DNA from: the human T2T-CHM13v2.0 reference genome, Homo sapiens
DNA length: 64,000 nt
Direction: 5' to 3' (one strand)
Assembly (NCBI RefSeq): GCF_009914755.1
Contig: NC_060925.1
Below the pieces are notes generated by a model. It saw nothing but the letters and a program-made list of their open reading frames with translations. It searched no databases and had not been told where the DNA came from. This document shows positions 15,650 to 37,173 of the stretch, in pieces. Position 1 is the first letter of the stretch, and the number at the start of each line of letters is the position of its first letter. The position numbers were made by a program, and so were the translations under genes.

Positions 15650-16352
15650 GTCGCGGGGTTGGGACGGGATCAGATCGTGGCAGGGCGCTGGCCTCTCTTT
15701 CGCCGGGAACACCTGGCTGGCTAATGAGGGCCGTGTCTTCCCCCCGCCCCCTCAACCGGTCTGACCCGCCTGAGATTCCTGACTTCTAGGTCTAGGCCCG
15801 TTGAGAGACTCCACACAGCGGAGAACTGCCATTATTTCCTGGGCATCCCGGGGATCCCAGAGCCCTCCCTGGTACCAGCAGGTCGGCCGCCTACTGCGCA
15901 CGCGCGGGTTTGCGGGCAGCCGCCTGGGCTGTGGGAGCAGCCCGGGCAGAGGTCTCATGCCTTTCCACCACCCCACCACCGCCTGACCACCCCCTCCCCA
16001 CCCCCACACCCCACCCCCGGAAAAAGTGCCCTCCCCTGGCCTGGGTGGCGACCCCCATCCCGCAAAACACCGGGCCCACGCAGCATCCTTTCCTGACTTC
16101 CCTTCGGTGGCTTGCATCCTCTGCACCTCCATGCCACCATAGCCGGCCCGAGCGTTCCTCTGCAGCCTCCCAGCTGCCACCATGGAGCGCCTGGCCGCGG
16201 AACGCAGACGTCTAGCACTCTTAGCAGTCCTCCTGACTAGACCTGCACTCATTGCGTACCCCGGCTGATGTGCAAGGGAGCCCACTGGCTTCTCTGTGCC
16301 CTTGTCCATCCTTGAAATTCCGGCTGAGGTTCTCCCACCACCTTACGACGAC
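14784..16352 (+). repeat. 5'-truncated D4Z4-like unit 2 (KpnI site 15871-15876)
   Basis: Starts in homeobox 2 (tttcagaatcgaagg) and runs through the DUX4 3' region, LSau-like tail and pLAM-like end. Confidence 0.9.
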
Positions 16353-18452
16353 CTTTAGTCAAAGCCTGGAGAATAGTTACATCTCCTGGATGATCAGTTC
16401 AGAAATATGTCACAATGCCCCCTGTGGGCAAAGCCTAGGCAAGAGTTACATCACCTTTGTCATCAGTTCAGGGATATGTGAAAACGCCCCTGCAGGCAGA
16501 GCCTAGACAAGAGTTACATCCCCTAGTTGATCAGTGCAGAGATATTTCACAATACCCTCTTAGGCAGATCCTAGACAAGAGTTGAATCACCAGGGTGATC
16601 AGTGCAGAGATATTTCACAATGCGCCCTTTGGGCAGAGGGTAGACAAGAGTTACATCACCTAGGTGATCAGTGTGGAGACTTTTCAAAACTCCCTGTAGG
16701 CAGTGCTTATAAAAGTGTTACATCACCTAAATGATCAGTGCAGAGATATGTCACAAAGCTCCTGTAGCAGAACTTAGATGAGTTACGTCACCTGGGTGAT
16801 CAGTGCAAATTTATGTCACAAAGCCCCCTGTAGGCAAAGCCTAGACAATAGTTACATCACTTGGGTGATCAGTGGCGAGATCTCTCACAATTCCCCTGTA
16901 GGCAGAGCTTATACAACACTTACATCTCCTGGGTTATCAGTGCAGATATATGACCCAAGGTCCCCATAGGCAGATCCAAGACAAGAGTCCGTCACCTGGG
17001 TGATCAGTGCAGAAATATGTCACAATGCCCCCTTAGTCAGAGCCTAGACAAAAGCCCCATCACCTGTATGATCCTTGCAGAGTTATGTCACAAAGTCCCT
17101 TTAGGCAGATCCTAGACAAGAGTTATATCACTTGGATGATCAGTGCAGAGATATTTCACAATGCCACTGTAGGCAGAGTCTAGACAAGAGTTACATGACC
17201 TAGGTGATCAGCACAGAGATACATCACAATGTCCCTGCAGGCAGAGCCTTGACAAGTGGTACATCACCTGGGTGATCATTGCAGGGATATGTCACAAAGC
17301 ACCCTGTAGGCAGATCCTAGAAAAGAGTTACATCACCTGGGTGATCAGTGCAGAGATATGTCACAAGCCCCCTGTAGGCAGAGCCTAGACAAGAGTTATA
17401 TCACCTGGGTGATCAGTGCCATGATATGTCACAATGCCGTGTAGCCGGAGCCTAGACTAAAGTTACAGCACCTGGGAGATCAGTGCAGAGACATGTCACA
17501 ATATCCCCAGTAGGCAGAGACCAGGCAAGAGTTGGGTCACCTCTGGATCAGTGCAGAGATACGTCTCAATCTCCCTGTGGGCACAGCCTAGACAAGAGTT
17601 ACATCACTTCAGTTAACAGTGCAGAGATATGTCAAAATGCCCCTGTAGGCAGAGCCTACACAAGTGTTACCATCACTTAGGTGATCAGTGCAGAGATATG
17701 TCACAATACACCCTGTAAGCAGAGCCTAGACCAGAGTTACATCACCTGGGTGATAAGTACACTGATATGTGACAAGGTCCCTTTAAGCAGAGCTTAGACA
17801 ATAGTTACATTACCTGAGTGATCAGTGCAGAGATATGTGACAAGGTCCCTTTAGGCAAAGCTTAGACAATAGTTACATCAACTGAGTAATCAGTGCAGAG
17901 ATATGTCACAATGACCCCACAGGCAAATCCAAGACAAGAATCTGTCACCTAGGTGATCACTGCAGAAATTTGTGACAATGCTCCCAGTAGTCAGAGCCTA
18001 GAGAAGAGTCCCATCACCTGGGTGATCAGTGCAGAGATATTTCACAATGCCCCTGCAGGCAGAGCATAAGCAAGAGTCACATCACCTAGATGATCAGTGC
18101 AGAGATATGTCACAAGGCCCCTATAGGCAGAGCCTGGACAAGAGTTAAATCACCTCAGTGATCAATGCAGTGATATGTCACTATGCCCCATAGGCAGAGC
18201 TTAGTAACGCGTTACATCACCTGGGTGATTAGTGCAGAGATATGTCACAAAGCCACCATACACAGAGCCTAGGCAAGTGTCCCATCACCTGGGTGATCAG
18301 TGCAGAAATATGTCATAATGCCCCCATAGGCAGATCCAACAAAAGAGTTACATCACCTGGGTGATCAGTGCAGAGATATGTCACAAAGCCCCTGTAGGCA
18401 GAGCCTAGAAAAGTGTTACATCACTTTGTTGATTAGGTCAGTGATGTGTCTT
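16353..18452 (+). repeat. Beta-satellite array
   Basis: 68-bp monomers gatcagtgcagagatatgtcacaatgcccctgtaggcagagcctagacaagagttacatcacctgggt. Confidence 0.96.
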
Positions 18453-19076
18453 GCTGACTATTTGCTCCCAGAGCTCTGGAGGCACCCGGAAACATGCAGG
18501 GAAGGCTGGAAGACCGGCATGGTGCCTTCACTCTCCTTGCCAGTTTCCAAACCGGCCACACTGCAGACTCCCCATGTTGCCGCACACAGGAATCCATCTT
18601 CAGGCCATCACGCCGGGGAGGTATCTTCTCTCTGGGGTCTCGCTCTGGTCTCCTACGTGGAAATGAACGAGAGCCACACGCCTGCGCGAGTGAGACTGTC
18701 CCAGCAACGGCGACACCCACAGGCACTGCCTCCTTCACCAATAGAGGGCCTGGAACACTCAAGACTTCCTCGGAGGTTCAGTTCTACACTCCCCTCCACC
18801 GTCCCAGGCCGGTTTTTCCCTGCTGAAGACGCTTGGGAGCCCTGAGAGCCTCTTCCAGTTCCCACGGGATTCCTGGAGAGTTGCGGAGAGCCAGCCCCCG
18901 AAACACGCCACCCTCACCCCTTCCCCCTAGCACCCTTCCTCTTCATCTCTCCGGTCCCACCACCACCATCACCACGCCCTCCCCCCACACACCACCACAC
19001 CCCGGCCGCAGGACTCGACGCCCTGGTACCCTTCTGTGGTGGGGCGAGCTGTCCCAGGGCTCACCGCCATTCATGA

Positions 19077-20466
<1,390 letters not shown>

Positions 20467-21170
20467 GACGTGGGGTTTGGAAGGGGTCCGTTCGTGGCAG
20501 GGCGGTGTGGTCTCTTTCACGGGGAACACCTGGCTGGTTATGGAGGGGTGTGTCTTCCCCTCGCCACCTCAACCGGGCTGACCAGCCTGGGATTCCTGCC
20601 TTCTAGGTCTAGGCCCAATGAGAGGCTCCACACAGCGAAGAACTGCCATTCTTTCCTGGGCATCCTGGGGATCCCAGAGCCGGCCCAGGTACCAGCAGGT
20701 GGGCTGCCAACTGCGCATGTGCACGTTTGTGGGCTGCTGCCAGTGCTCTGGGAGCAGCCTGGGCAGAGCTCTCATGCCTTTCCACCACCCCACCACAGCC
20801 TGACCATCCCCTCCCCACCCCCACACCCCGACCCCGGAAAATGCGTCCTCCCCTGCCCTGGGTGGAGACCACCATTCTGCGAAACACCAGGCCCGCGCAG
20901 CGTCCAGGCCTGACAAACCTCCAGCAGCTCGCCTCCTCTGCGCCTCCGTGCCACCGTCGCCGGGCTGCCTGTGCCCCTGCAGCCTCCCAGCTGCCACCAT
21001 GGAGCGCTTGGCGGCGGAACGCATAACTTTAGCACTTTTTCCGGCCTCCAGGCTAGACCTGCGCTCATTTTGCTCCCGGGCTGACATGCAAGGGAGCCCG
21101 CTGGCCTCTCTGTGTCCTTGTCCGTCCGTGAAATTCTGGCTGGGGCTCTCCCAACACCTTCCGCCACTTT

Positions 21171-24100
21171 TTAGTCAGAGCCTGGAGCATAGTTATATCT
21201 CCTGGATGATCGGTTCAGAAATACGTCACAATGCCCCTTCCCTGCGGAGACTAGAGAAGATTTGCATCATTTGGGTGATCAGTGCAGAGATATATCACAA
21301 TCTCCCCTGTAAAAAAAGCCTGGAAATGATCATCTAGGTTATCAGTGCAGGTATAAATCATAAAGCTTCCTATAGGCACAGCATAGACAAGAGTTCCCTC
21401 CCCAGGGTGATCAGTGCAGAGGTGTGTCACAAAGCCCATGTAGGCAGAGCCTAGACAAGAGTTTCATCACTTGGTTGATCAGTTCAGAGATGTGTCTCCA
21501 TGTCCATGTAGGCAGATCTAAGACAAGAGTCTATCACCTAGGTGATCAGAGCAGAGATATGTACCTATGTCCCCTGTAGGCAGTGCCTAGACAAGAGTTG
21601 CATCAACTCAGAGATCAGTGCATAGATATGTCACAAAGCCTTCTGTAGGCAAAGCCCATACAAGGCTTACATCACCTAGGTGATCAGTGCAGTGATATGT
21701 CACAAAAATCCCTGTAGACAGAGCATAGACAATAGTTGCATTACCTGGGTGATCAGTGCAGATATTTGACACAATGCCCCCATAGACAGAGCCTAGACAA
21801 GACTTCCATCACCTGGGTGAACAGTGCGAGATATGTCACAAATCCCCCTCTAGGCAGAGTATAGAGAAGAGTCCCATCAACTGGGTGATCAGTGCAGAGA
21901 TATTTCACAATGCCCCCTGTAGGCAGAGAGTGGACAAGAGTTACATAACCTAGTTGATCTGCGCAGAGGTATGTCAAAACGCCCCTGTAGGCAGATCCTA
22001 GATAAGTGTTACATCACCTGGGTGATCAGTGCATAGATACATCAGCATACGCCCAGTAGGTGGAGCCTAGACAAGAGTTACATCACCTGGGTGATCAGTA
22101 CAGAGATATTTCACAAAACCCATGTAGGCAGAGACTAAACAAGAGTTATATCTCCTGGGTGATCAGTGCAGAAAAGTGTCACAAAGCCACTGTATGCAGA
22201 GCCTAGACAAGAGTTACATCTCCTGGGTGATCAGTGCAAAGATATGTCACAAAGCCCCCTGTAGGCAATTTCCGAGAAAATTGCTACATCACCTGGGTGA
22301 TCAGTGGCCATATCTGTCACAATTCCCCTTTAGGCGCAGCTTACACAAGCGTTACATCACATGAGTGCTCAGTGCAGATTTATGTAACTATGCCCCCATA
22401 GGCAGACACAAGACAAGAGTCCATCACCTGGGTGATCAGTGCAGAAATATGCCACAATGCCGCCAGTAGGCAGATATAGAAAAGAGTTACATCACCTGCG
22501 TGATCACTGCAGAGATATGTCACAATGCCCCTGTAGGCAGAGCCTAGACAAGTGTCCCATCACCTGCGTGATCAGTGCAGAGTTATGTCACAATGCCCCC
22601 TTTTGGCAGAGCCTAGACAAGGGTTACATCATCTGGGTGATCAGTGGAGAGATGTGACACATGCCCCTGTAGCCAGAGCTTTGACAACAGTTACATCAGC
22701 TGTGTGATCAGTGCAGTGACAAGTCACAATGTCCCTGAAGCCATATCCTTGACAAAAGTGACATCACCTGGGTGACCAGTGCAGAGATATGTCACAATGA
22801 CTCCAGTAGGCAGAGCCTAGACAAGAGGCACATCACCTGGGTGATCAGCGCAGAGATATGTCACAATGCCCCCTGTAAACAGATCCTAGTGAAGAGTTGC
22901 ATCACCTCAGTGATCAGTGCAGAGATATGTCTCAATGCCCCCTGTCGGCGAAGCCTATACAAGAGTTACATCATCTCGGTGATCAGTGCAGTGATATGTT
23001 AAAATGCCCCTGTAGGCAGAGCCTAGACAAGATTTACATCACCTGGGTGATCTGTGCAGAGATATGTCATAAATCCCACTGTAGGCAAAGCCTACACAAG
23101 TTTTACATCACCTCAGTGATCAGTGCAGAGATATGTCCCAATGTCCCTCTAGGCAGAGCTTAGACAAGGGTCACATCTCCTGGGTGATCAGTGCAGAGAT
23201 AAGTCTCAATGCCTCCGTAGGCAGAGCCTAGACAAGAGTTACATAACCAGGGTGATCCGTGCAGACTGATGTCACAATGTACTCAGTAGGCAGAGACTAG
23301 AAAAGAGTTACATCACCTGGGTGATCAGTGCAGAGATATATCACAATGCCCCCAGTAGGCAGAGCATAGAGAAGAGTTGCATCACCTGGGTGATCAGTGC
23401 AGAGATATGTCACAATGTCCCCTGTAGGCAGAGAATAGAGGAGAGTTGCATCACCTGGGTGATCAGTGTAGAGATATGTCACTATGTCCCCTGTAGGCAA
23501 AGCCTAGGCAAGAGTTACATCACCTTTGTCATCAGTTCAGGGATATGTGTAAACGCCCCTGTAGGAAGAGCCTAGACAAGAGTTACATCCCCTAGTTGAT
23601 CAGTGCAGAGATATTTCACAATACCCCCTGTAGGCAGATCCAAGACAAGAGTTGTATCACCTGGGCGATCAGTGCAGAGACATTTCACAATGTCCCCTTT
23701 GGGCAGAGGGTAGACAAGAGTTACATCACCCAGGTGATCAGTGCAGAGATTTGTCAAAATTCCCTGTAGACAGTGCTTATAAAAGTGTTACATCACCTAA
23801 GTGATCGGTGCAGAGATATGTCACAAAACTCCTGTAGGCAGAACTTAGATGAGTTACATCATCTGGGTGATCAGGGCAAATGTATGTCACAAAGCCCCCC
23901 GTAGGCAAAGCCTAGAAAACAGTTACTTCACTTGGGTGATCAGTGGCGAGATTTCTCACAGTTCCCCTGTAGGCAGGGGTGATCACCGGGGTGATCAGTG
24001 CAGAGATATGTCACAATGCCCCCATAGACAAATCCAAGACAAGAGTCTGTCACCTGGGTGATCAGTGCAGAAATATGTGACCATGCCCCCAGTAGGCAGA

Positions 24101-24625
24101 GCCTAGAGAAGAGTCCCATCACCTGGGTGATCAGTGCAGAGATATTTCACAATACCCCTGCAGGCAGAGAGTAAACAAGTGTTACATCACCGAAATGATC
24201 AGTGCAGAGATGTGTCACAAGGCCCCCTATAGGCAGAGCTCGGACAAGAGTTGCATCACCTTCATGATCAATGCAGTTATATGTCACTATGCCCTGTAGG
24301 CAGAGCCTAGTCAAACGTTACATCACCTGGGTGATCAGTGCAGAGATATGTCACAAAGACCCCATACACAGAGCCTAGACAAGAAACCCATCACCTGGGT
24401 GATCAGTGCAGAAATAAGTCACAATGCCCCCTTAGGCAGATCCAACACAAGAGTTACATCACCTGGGTGATCAGTGTAGACATATGTTACAATGCCCCTA
24501 TAGGCAGAGCCTAGACAAAAGTCCCATCACCTGGGTGATCAGTGCAGAGATTGTCACAAAGCCCCTGTAGGCAGAGCCTAGACAAGGTTTACATCACTTT
24601 GTTGATCAGTTCAGAGATGTGTCAT
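21171..24625 (+). repeat. Beta-satellite array
   Basis: 68-bp monomers. Confidence 0.96.
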
Positions 24626-25239
24626 GCTGACTGTTTGCTCCCGGAGCTCTGCGGGCACCCGGAAACATGCAGGGAAGGGTAGAAGACCTTCATGGTGCCT
24701 TCGCTGTCCCTGCCAGTTTCCAAACCGGACACACTGCAGACTTCCCATGTTGCCGCACACGGGAAACCATCGTCAGGCCATCAGGCCTGGGAGGCATCTT
24801 CTCTCTGGGGTCTCGGTCTGGTCTCCTACGTGGAAATGAACGAGAGTCACACATCTGCGCATGTGAGACTGTCCTGGCAACGGCGACACCCACAAGCACT
24901 GACTACTTCACGGAGACAGGGCCTGGAACACTCAAGACTCCCACGTAGGTTCAGTTCCACACTCCCCTCCACCCTCCCAGGCCGGTTTCTCCCTGCTGAT
25001 GATGCGTGGGAGCCCAGACAGCGGCTTCCAGTTCCCGCGGGATTCCTGGTGTGGTCTGGAGAGCCAGCCCCTGAAACGCGCCCCCCTCACCCGTTCGCCC
25101 TCACCCCCTTACTCTTCGTCTTTCCGACCCCACCACCACCATCACCACGCCCTCCCCACCAACCCCACCACCACCCGGCCGCAGGCCTCGACGCCCTGGG
25201 ACCCTTCCAAGGTTGGGCGGACTGTCCCAGGGCTCACAG

Positions 25240-26684
<1,445 letters not shown>

Positions 26685-27390
26685 GTCGCTGGGTTGGAAA
26701 GTTGTTGGCTCAGGACATGGCGGTGGCCTCCCTTTCGCGGGGAACACCTGGCTGGCTATGGAGGGGCGTGTCTTCCCCCCGCCCCCTCCAGCGGGCTGAC
26801 AGGCCTGGGATTCCTGCCTTCTAGGTCTAAGCCTGGTGAGAGACTCCACAGAGTGGAGAACTGCCATTCTTTCCTGGGCATCGCGGGGATCCCAGAGCCG
26901 GCCCAGGTACCAGCAGGTGGGCCACCAACTGTGCACGCACGGGTTTGTGGTCAGCCGCCTGGGCTGTGGGAGCAGCCCGTACAGAGCTCTCCTCCCTTTC
27001 CTCCACCCCACCCCCGCCTGACCAGCCCCTCCACACCCCCAGCCCCCACCCGCGGAAAATGCGTCCTCCCCTGGGCTGGGTGGAGACCCCCGTCCCACGA
27101 AACACTGGGCCCGCTCAACGTCCAGGCATGACACCCCTCCGGCGGCTAGCCTCCTCTGCGCCTCCGCGCCACCGTCGCCGGCCCGCCCGTGCCCCTGCAG
27201 CCTCCCAGCTGCCACCATGGAGCACCTGGCGGTAGAACGCAGACCTCTAGTTCTCTTTGCCGACCTCCTGGCTAGACCTGCGCTCATTGCACACCCTGGC
27301 TGACGTGCAAGGGAGACCGCTGGCCTCTCTGTGCCCTTGTCCGTCCGTGAAATTCTGGCTGAGGCTCTCCCAACACCTTCCGACGCTCTT

Positions 27391-27775
27391 TAGTCACAGC
27401 CTGCAGAATAGTTACATCTCCTGGATGATCAGTTCAGAAATATGTCACAATGCCCCTCCCTGCGGAGCCCAGAGAAGATTTGCATCATTTGGGTGATCAG
27501 TGCAGAGATATTTCACAATATCACCTGCAAAAAAAGCCTGGAAATGATTTATGTCACCTCGCTGATCAGTGCATACATGTGTCAGAAATCCCCAGTAGGC
27601 TGAACCTAGACAAGGGTTACATCATTTAGGTGATCAGTGTAGAGATATGTGAAAATTCCCGTGTAGACAGAGCCTAGACAGGTGTTACAACACCTAGTGA
27701 TCAGTGCAGGGATAAGTCGTAAAAACTCCTGTAGGCAGAGGGTAGAAAAGTGTTTCCTCCCTGGGGTGATCAGTG
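27391..27775 (+). repeat. Beta-satellite (pLAM-proximal monomers), ending at an inversion
   Basis: About six monomers, then the strand switches. Confidence 0.93.
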
Positions 27776-29969
27776 CCTACTGAAGACATTGTGACATATC
27801 TGCGCACTGATCACCCAAGTGATGTCACTTTTGTCAAGGATATGGCTACAGGGGCATTGTGACATGTCACTGCACTGATCACACAGCTGATGTAACACTT
27901 GTCTATGCTCTGGCTACAGGGGGCTTGTGACACATCTCTGCACTGATCACCCAGGTGATGTAACCCTTGTCTAGGCTCCGCCAAAAGGGGGCATTGTGAC
28001 ATAACTCTGCACTGATCACCCAGGTGATGGGACACTTGTCTAGGCTCTGCCTACAGGGGCATTGTGACATATCTCTGCAGTGATCACGCAGGTGATGTAA
28101 CTCTTGTCTATATCTGCCCAATGGCAGCATTGTGGTATATTTCTGCAGTGATCACCCAGGTGATGGACTCTTGTCTTGGATCTGCCTATGGGGGCATAGT
28201 GACATATCTCTGCACTGAGGATCACCCGGTTTATATAACTCTTGTCTAGGCCTGTCTATGGGGGCATTGTGACTTATCTCTGCACTGATCACCCAGGAGA
28301 TGTGACCCTTGTCTAAGCTCTGCCAAGAGGGACACTGGGACATATCTCTGCAGTGATCGCTGAGGTGATGTAAAACTTGTCTAGGGTTTGCATACAGTGG
28401 GATTTATGACACATCTCTACACTGATCACCCACGTGATGTAACTCTTGTCTAGACTCTGCTTACAGGGGATATTGTGAGATATCTCTGCACTGATCACCC
28501 ACGTGATGTAACGCTTGTCTAGGCTCGGCCTACAGGGGCTTTGTGACATATCTCTGCACTGATCACCCAGGTGATGTAACTCTTGTCTAGTCTCCACCTA
28601 CAAAGGGTATTGTGACTTATCTCTGCACTGACCACCCAGGTGATGTAATATTTATCTAGGCTCTGCCTACAGGGGCGTTTTGACATAGCTCTGCAAAGAT
28701 CACCTAGGTTATCTAACTCTTTTCCACTCTCTGCCTACAGGGGACATTGTGAAATATCTCTGCACTGATCACCCAGGTGATGGAAGTCTTGTCTAGGCTC
28801 TGTCTATGGGGGCATTGTGTCAAATATCTACCCTCATCACCCAGGTGATGTAACTATTCTAGGCTCTGTCTACAGGGATTTTTGTGACATATCACTGCAC
28901 TGATCACCTAGGTGATGTAAGCCTTGTATGAGCTTTACCTATAGAAGGCTTTGTGACATATCTATGCACTGATCTCTGAGGTGATGCAACTCTTGTCTAG
29001 GCACTGGCTGCAGGGGACATTGGTACATATCTCTGCTCAGATCACCCATGTTATGGACACTTGTCTTAGATCTGCCTACATGGACATTGTGACACATCTC
29101 TGAACTGATCAACCGAGTGATGAAACTCTTGTCTAGGCTCTGCCTACAGGGGCTTTGTGACACATCTCTGCACTGATCACCCTGGGGAGGGAACTCTGGT
29201 TTACACTCTGCCTACAAGAGGCTTTATGACTTATACCTGCACTGATAACCTAGGTGATATAACACTTGTCTAGGCTCTGCCTACACTGAAATTCTCACAT
29301 ATCTCTGCACTGATAACCTGGGTGATGTAACTCCTGTCTAGGTTCAGCCTACAGGAGCGTTTTGACATATCTCTGCACTGATCATCCAGGTGATGTAACA
29401 TTTGTCTAAGCTCTGCCTACAGGGGCATTGTGACATATCTCTCCACTGCTCACCCAGGTGATGTAACAATTGTCTAGACTTTGCCTACAGGGGGCTTTGT
29501 GATATACATTTCCACTGATCAAACAGGTGATGTAACCCTTGTCAAAGTTCTGCTTATAGGGGCTTTGTGACATATCTCTGCACTGATCACCCCAGGGAGG
29601 AAACACTTGTCTACACTCTGCCTACAGGAGGCTTTATGACTTATCCCTGTACTGATCCCTAGGTGATGTAACACCTGCCTAGGCTCTGTCTACACGGGAA
29701 TTTTCACATATCTCTACACTGATAACCTAAGTGATGTAACCCTTGTCTAGGTTCAGCCTACTGGGGATTTCTGACATACCTATGCACTGATCACCAAGGT
29801 GATGTAAATCATTTCCAGGCATTTTGTACAGGGGACATTGTGATAAATCTCTGCACTGATCACCCAAATGATGCAAATCTTCTCTAGGCTCCGCAGGGAG
29901 GGGGCATTGTGACATATTTCTGAACTGATCATCCAGGAAGATGTAACTATTCTCCAGGCTTTGACTAAA
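27776..29969 (-). repeat. Beta-satellite array
   Basis: 68-bp monomers in the opposite orientation. Confidence 0.96.
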
Positions 29970-37173
<7,204 letters not shown>

